Shown here: one piece after another, positions 27,899 through 32,000 of the stretch
How the letters are laid out: every line of letters begins with the position of its first letter
Numbering within the stretch: position 1 is the first letter of the stretch
From: Delftia acidovorans NBRC 14950
GTDB taxonomy: Bacteria > Pseudomonadota > Gammaproteobacteria > Burkholderiales > Burkholderiaceae_C
Direction of reading: 5' to 3'
Length of the DNA stretch: 32,000 bases
Assembly: GCF_001598795.1 (NCBI RefSeq)
Contig: NZ_BCZP01000005.1
Location: 210,001-242,000 of the forward strand
The notes under the pieces: model-generated
The model's database searches: none
What the model saw: only the letters and a program-made list of their open reading frames with translations
Told to the model about the DNA's origin: nothing
Translations under genes and position numbers: made by a program

Positions 27899-28894
27899 AT
27901 GTCAACAGGTGAATCCGCCACCATCGACACCCACCACCGGATGCAACTGCCCATGTCCTCCCACCGTTTTGACGTACTCATCAGCGAAGTCGGCCCGCGC
28001 GATGGCCTGCAGTCCGTGGCCTCCACCATGTCCACGGCGCACAAGCATGCCTGGATCGCCGCGCTGGCCCATGCAGGCCTGCAGGAGATCGAGGTCGGCT
28101 CCTTCGTCTCGCCCAAGTTGCTGCCGCAGATGGCCGACGCGGCCGAGGTGGTCGCCCAGGCCATCACCCTGCCGGGCGTCACCGTGATGGCCCTGGCCCC
28201 CAATCTGCGCGGCGCCGAGGCCGCGCTGCGCGCCGGCGCCCACAAGGTCACGCTGCCCGTCTCGGCCAGCCCCGCGCACTCCATGGCCAATGTGCGCAAG
28301 ACGCCCATACAGATGGTGGACGAGGTGCGGGCCATTGCCGCGCTGCGCGACGAGATCGCACCGCAGGCCCTGATCGAGGCGGGCATCTCCACGGCCTTCG
28401 GCTGCACCCTGCAGGGGCTGGTGCCCGAGGACGAAGTGATTGCACTGGCCCTGGCCTGCGTGGCGGCAGGCGCCGATGAATCGGGCCTGTCCGACACCAC
28501 GGGCATGGCCAACCCGGCCCAGGTGCGGCGCCTGTTCACACGGCTGCGCGCCGAGCTGGGCGGGCACGCAGGCGCGGCCCACATGCACAATACGCGCGGC
28601 CTGGGCCTGGCCAACTGCCTGGCTGCCTACGAGGCCGGCGTGCGTACCTTTGACGCCTCGCTGGCCGGCCTGGGCGGCTGCCCGTATGCGCCCGGCGCCT
28701 CGGGCAACGTGGTCACCGAAGACCTGGTCTTCATGTTCGAGGCCATGGGCATCCGCACCGGCGTGGACATCGATCGCCTGATCGCCGCCCGCCAGCCGCT
28801 GGCCGCAGGCCTGCCCGGCGAGGAGCTGCACGGCATGACGCCGCTGGCCGGACTGCCCAAGGGCTTTGTGCCCCGCATCTACGCACCGGCCTGA
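27899..28894 (+). CDS. HMG-CoA-lyase-like (DRE-TIM) acyl-CoA lyase
   Basis: FDVLISEVGPRDGLQS, EIEVGSFVSPK, HMHNTRGLGLAN and GGCPYAPGASGNV are HMGL-family hallmarks. The start is ambiguous (ATG 27899, 27941 or 27953; no good SD). The track start at 27569 overlaps the IclR gene and is rejected. Confidence 0.85.
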   Translation: MSTGESATIDTHHRMQLPMSSHRFDVLISEVGPRDGLQSVASTMSTAHKHAWIAALAHAGLQEIEVGSFVSPKLLPQMADAAEVVAQAITLPGVTVMALAPNLRGAEAALRAGAHKVTLPVSASPAHSMANVRKTPIQMVDEVRAIAALRDEIAPQALIEAGISTAFGCTLQGLVPEDEVIALALACVAAGADESGLSDTTGMANPAQVRRLFTRLRAELGGHAGAAHMHNTRGLGLANCLAAYEAGVRTFDASLAGLGGCPYAPGASGNVVTEDLVFMFEAMGIRTGVDIDRLIAARQPLAAGLPGEELHGMTPLAGLPKGFVPRIYAPA

Positions 28895-28933
28895 GCCGCA
28901 GCGACAACCCACATATTCATTCACCGTTTTTCC

Positions 28934-30181
28934 ATGAGCCAACCCAACTCCCCCGACACGGCCGCAGGCCAGGCCACGCCACTGCCCTACGCAGGCATCC
29001 GCGTGGTCGAGTTCACCCACATGGTCATGGGCCCGTCCTGCGGCATGATGCTGGCCGACCTGGGCGCCGAAGTCATCAAGATCGAGCCCGTGGGCCACGG
29101 CCGCGACGGCGATGCCACGCGCAAGCTGCTGGGCTCGGGCTCGGGCTTTTTCCCGCTGTTCAACCGCAACAAGAAAAGCCTGACGCTGGACCTGCAGACC
29201 GAGGAAGGCAAGCAGGCCGCGCTGCGCCTGATCGCCACTGCCGACGTGGTCTGCGAGAACTTCAAGCCCGGCACCATGCGCAAGCTGGGCCTGGACTACG
29301 ACAGCCTCAAGGACCGCTTCGAGCGCCTCATCTACGTGAGCCACAAGGGCTTTCTGCCCGGCCCCTACGAGCACCGCACGGCGCTGGACGAAGTGGTGCA
29401 GATGATGGGAGGCCTGGCCTACATGACGGGCCGCCCCGGCGACCCGCTGCGCGCAGGCGCCAGCGTCAACGACATCATGGGCGGCATGTTCGGCGCCATG
29501 GGCGCGATGGCCGCCCTGGCCCAGCGCGAGAAGACCGGGCGCGGCCAGGAAGTGCAAAGCGCGCTGTTCGAGAACAACATCTTCCTGGTCGCCCAGCACA
29601 TGATGCAGTTCGCCGTCACCGGCAAGCCGGCCGCGCCCATGCCGGCACGCATCTCGGCCTGGGCCATCTACGACGTGTTCGAAGTCCGGGACGGCGAGCA
29701 GATCTTCCTGGCCGTGGTCAGCGATGGCGCCTGGCGCCTGTTCTGCGACGCCTTCGGCCTGGGCGAGCTGCGCGACGATCCGCGCCTTGGCAGCAACAAC
29801 GACCGCGTGCTGGCGCGCAGCTGGCTGATGCCGCTGCTGCGCGAGAAGATGGCCCCGCACAGCGCCGCCCACATTGCGGAGATCTTCGAGAAGAACGGCC
29901 TGCCCTTCGCGCCCATCGCACGCCCGCAGGACCTGCTGGAAGACCCGCACCTGAACGCCACGGGCGCGCTGGCCCCTATCACCCTGCCCGATGGCCGCGA
30001 GACCAAGACCGTGCTGCTGCCCTTCACGCTGGACGGCAAGCGCCTGGATGTGCGCCTGTCGCCGCCGCGCCTGGGCGAGCACAGCCTGGAGATCCTCACC
30101 GCCCTGGGCTACAGCAGCGAGCAGGCCCTGGCCCTGGCCCGGGGCGACGCCACCGACAGCCACGCCAAGGCTTCCCACTGA
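28934..30181 (+). CDS. Family III (CaiB/BaiF) CoA-transferase
   Basis: 415 aa. GIRVVEFTHMVMGPSCGMMLADLGAEVIKIEP. It is a paralogue of the 1769-2965 gene. Confidence 0.9.
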   Translation: MSQPNSPDTAAGQATPLPYAGIRVVEFTHMVMGPSCGMMLADLGAEVIKIEPVGHGRDGDATRKLLGSGSGFFPLFNRNKKSLTLDLQTEEGKQAALRLIATADVVCENFKPGTMRKLGLDYDSLKDRFERLIYVSHKGFLPGPYEHRTALDEVVQMMGGLAYMTGRPGDPLRAGASVNDIMGGMFGAMGAMAALAQREKTGRGQEVQSALFENNIFLVAQHMMQFAVTGKPAAPMPARISAWAIYDVFEVRDGEQIFLAVVSDGAWRLFCDAFGLGELRDDPRLGSNNDRVLARSWLMPLLREKMAPHSAAHIAEIFEKNGLPFAPIARPQDLLEDPHLNATGALAPITLPDGRETKTVLLPFTLDGKRLDVRLSPPRLGEHSLEILTALGYSSEQALALARGDATDSHAKASH

Positions 30182-30198
30182 AGCCAGGCTGAGCCACT

Positions 30199-30236
30199 GA
30201 AGGCGCCGCCGTCCACCCGGCGCGCGGCGCCCTTCC
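30199..30236 (+). other. GC-rich intercistronic stem-loop
   Basis: gaaggcgccgc (30199-30209) pairs with gcggcgcccttc (30225-30236) with one bulge. No U-tract follows, so it is more likely an mRNA-stability or processing element than a terminator. Confidence 0.35.
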
Positions 30237-30318
30237 ATCCCATCCACCCCTTACCGGACGACGCTTGCCACGCGCCCGGCGGGGAGGCCTTTTCCCAAAA
30301 ATTCCCGGAGACAACACC

Positions 30319-31380
30319 ATGCCCGCCATCCACCGCAACCCGGCCGCCCAAAAACAGATACAGACACTGACACAGACCCAGGCCCGCCCTTGCTCCGCCC
30401 CGCGCCGCCAGTTGCTGCTGTGCGCCCTGCCCGCATTGGCTGCCGCCCTGCTCCCGCTGGCGGCCCAGGCCCAGCCTGACCACTGGCCCTCACGCGCCGT
30501 GCGCATGGTCGTGCCCTACACGCCGGGCGGCGGCACGGACGCGGTCGCGCGCCAGATCAGCGAGCGCGTGGGCACGCTGAACAAATGGACCGTGGTCGTG
30601 GACAACAAGCCCGGCGCGGGCGGCAACATCGGCCTGGATGCAGTGGCCAAGTCCGCGCCGGATGGCTATACCTTCGGCATGGGCCAGACCGCCAACCTCG
30701 CCATCAACCCCGCCCTGCTGCCCAGCATGCCCTTCAACCCGCGCACCGACCTGATCCCCGTGGCCCTGGTCGCTGCCCAGCCCACGGTGCTGGTCGTGCC
30801 GCAGGAATCGCCATGGAAGTCCGTGCAGGACCTGGTCAAGGCCGCCAAGGCCGACCCGGGCGGCATCCGCCAGGGACTGGCATCGACGGGCACGGTAGGC
30901 CACCTGGCCGGCGAGATGCTGGCCTTCAAGGCCGGCATCCAGGTGCTGAACGTGCCCTACAAGGGCGCAGCGCCGGCCGTGACCGACCTGCTGGGCAAGC
31001 AGACGCACTACATGTTCGGCACGCCCCAGGCCGTCTATCCGCTGCTCAAGGGCGGCAAGCTGCGCGCCCTGGCCGTGACCTCGGCCAAGCGCCTGCCCAT
31101 CCTGCCCGAGGTGCCCACCGTGGCCGAATCGGGCTATGCAGGCTTCGAGGCCGTGGACTGGAAGCTCATCGTCGCGCCCAAGGGCACGCCGGCTGCCATC
31201 GTGCAGAAGATGAACACCGCCGTGAACGCGGCCCTGCAGCAGCCCGCCGTGCAGCAGCAACTGCAGGCCGAGGGCAGCACGGCCCTGGGCGGCAGCATCC
31301 AGGACGCGGCCCAATACCTGCTCAAGGAACAGACGGACTGGGCCGCGCTGATCCGCGACGCAAAGATACGCCTGGAGTGA
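30319..31380 (+). CDS. Bug/TctC-family periplasmic substrate-binding protein
   Basis: 353 aa from MPAIHRNPAAQKQ (GGAGA 7 nt upstream). Signal-like PRRQLLLCALPALAAALLPLAAQA, then VRMVVPYTPGGGTD, DNKPGAGGNIG and VPYKGAAPA. Confidence 0.9.
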   Translation: MPAIHRNPAAQKQIQTLTQTQARPCSAPRRQLLLCALPALAAALLPLAAQAQPDHWPSRAVRMVVPYTPGGGTDAVARQISERVGTLNKWTVVVDNKPGAGGNIGLDAVAKSAPDGYTFGMGQTANLAINPALLPSMPFNPRTDLIPVALVAAQPTVLVVPQESPWKSVQDLVKAAKADPGGIRQGLASTGTVGHLAGEMLAFKAGIQVLNVPYKGAAPAVTDLLGKQTHYMFGTPQAVYPLLKGGKLRALAVTSAKRLPILPEVPTVAESGYAGFEAVDWKLIVAPKGTPAAIVQKMNTAVNAALQQPAVQQQLQAEGSTALGGSIQDAAQYLLKEQTDWAALIRDAKIRLE

Positions 31381-31412
31381 CCACGGAATAACGACGCCGC
31401 AGCGGCGCAATG

Positions 31413-31452
31413 AAAAAGGCGCGGAGCCCCTTTCGGGACCCGCGCCTTTTTT
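31413..31452. terminator. Bidirectional terminator between the Bug gene and the decarboxylase gene
   Basis: aaaaaGGCGCGGagCCCctttcGGGacCCGCGCCtttttt: A-run and T-run flank a GC stem. Confidence 0.7.
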
Positions 31453-31476
31453 ATGGGCCGTCAGCCGGCCCGGCGA

Positions 31477-32000
31477 TCAGATCGTGCGGCCGAAGGGACC
31501 ATCGTCCCCCACCTGCACCATCTTGCGGCCGCGCGCAGGCTTGGCTGCGGTGCCGACTTCAGGCGCGGCGGGCTGCGCCTTGCGCGCTGCGGGGCGCTTG
31601 GCAGGCGCCTTGACCCCGGCGGCCTTGGCAACCTTGGCGGCCGGCTTGGCTGCCGGTTTCGCGGCTGCCTTGGCAACTGTCTTGGCCGCTGCCTTGGCCG
31701 CAGGCTTGGCTGCAGTCTTCACGGCCTTCTTCGCAGCAGGCTTGCCACCTGCCGGCGTCTTGCGGGCCGGCGCGGTCCCGGCCACGCAGTCGGCGTAGTA
31801 GCGCACTTCGCCATCTTCGCTTTGCAGTTCCACCAGGCCGTGGATGTCGGTCTCGAAGCCTGGGCACTCCTTGGCGAACTCGCGCGCAAACAGCAGGTAG
31901 TCCACGATCTTGCGGTTGAACACTTCGCCGGGAATCAGCAGCGGAATGCCGGGCGGGTACGGCGTGACCAGGCCCACGGTGATGCGGCCTTCCAGGTGGT
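31477..32000 (-). CDS. 3' end of a large PLP-dependent Orn/Lys/Arg decarboxylase (CadA/LdcC/AdiA/SpeF family) with an Ala-Lys-Pro-rich C-terminal extension; 5' part lies outside the window
   Basis: The frame is open to position 32000 (...HLEGRITVGLVTPYPPGIPLLIPGEVFN...ECPGFETDIHGLVE...). This resembles the CadA C-terminus PYPPGVPLVMPGE...YPGFETDIHGA as I recall it. The GTG shown as the ORF start in the track is internal. Confidence 0.85.
   Translation of the reverse strand, partial: HLEGRITVGLVTPYPPGIPLLIPGEVFNRKIVDYLLFAREFAKECPGFETDIHGLVELQSEDGEVRYYADCVAGTAPARKTPAGGKPAAKKAVKTAAKPAAKAAAKTVAKAAAKPAAKPAAKVAKAAGVKAPAKRPAARKAQPAAPEVGTAAKPARGRKMVQVGDDGPFGRTI
31590..31750 (-). repeat. Imperfect in-frame tandem repeats encoding (A/P/T/V)AAK units
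   Basis: Plus-strand reiteration of gc(n)gccttggc / ggcttggc units encodes KPAAKKAVKTAAKPAAKAAAKTVAKAAAKPAAKPAAKVAKAAG. Confidence 0.7.

Overview
This is a high-GC (roughly 65%) betaproteobacterial chromosome segment. Gene content and the repeated Bug/TctC binding proteins suggest Burkholderiales, probably Comamonadaceae, but that is inference only. Most of the window is ordinary core genome. A minus-strand translation and ribosome-maturation block, rimP-nusA-infB-rbfA-truB-typA, runs from 12324 down to 4088. A minus-strand operon of two c-type cytochromes plus a thioredoxin-like protein occupies 15187-12591. cbpA-cbpM is on the plus strand. A 53-codon basic ORF, a Blc lipocalin, the yejABEF peptide ABC importer (minus strand) and fabI follow. 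Two small regulator-controlled acyl-CoA catabolic cassettes flank this core: LysR with CoA-transferase, MaoC hydratase and Bug protein at 190-3936, and IclR with HMG-CoA-lyase-like enzyme, CoA-transferase and Bug protein at 27052-31380. The right edge holds the 3' end of a large Orn/Lys/Arg decarboxylase. I saw no CRISPR array, IS or integrase, rRNA or tRNA, and no recognisable defence or toxin-antitoxin module. The many long ORFs antisense to real genes are high-GC shadow ORFs. I found no clear-cut new multi-gene system. Four places deserve a second look. (1) A Fur-type palindrome sits inside a promoter that drives a His-rich unknown protein, a Mn-type SOD and a ZIP metal transporter (24780-27027). 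(2) The decarboxylase carries a ~100-aa histone-H1/AlgP-like Ala-Lys-Pro tail (31480-31782). (3) The triheme plus diheme cytochrome c plus Trx-like operon has no catalytic partner gene. (4) A promoter followed by an intrinsic terminator in front of rimP looks like an attenuator for the nusA operon. All start codons were chosen by reading motif onset and RBS by eye. No database search was possible.
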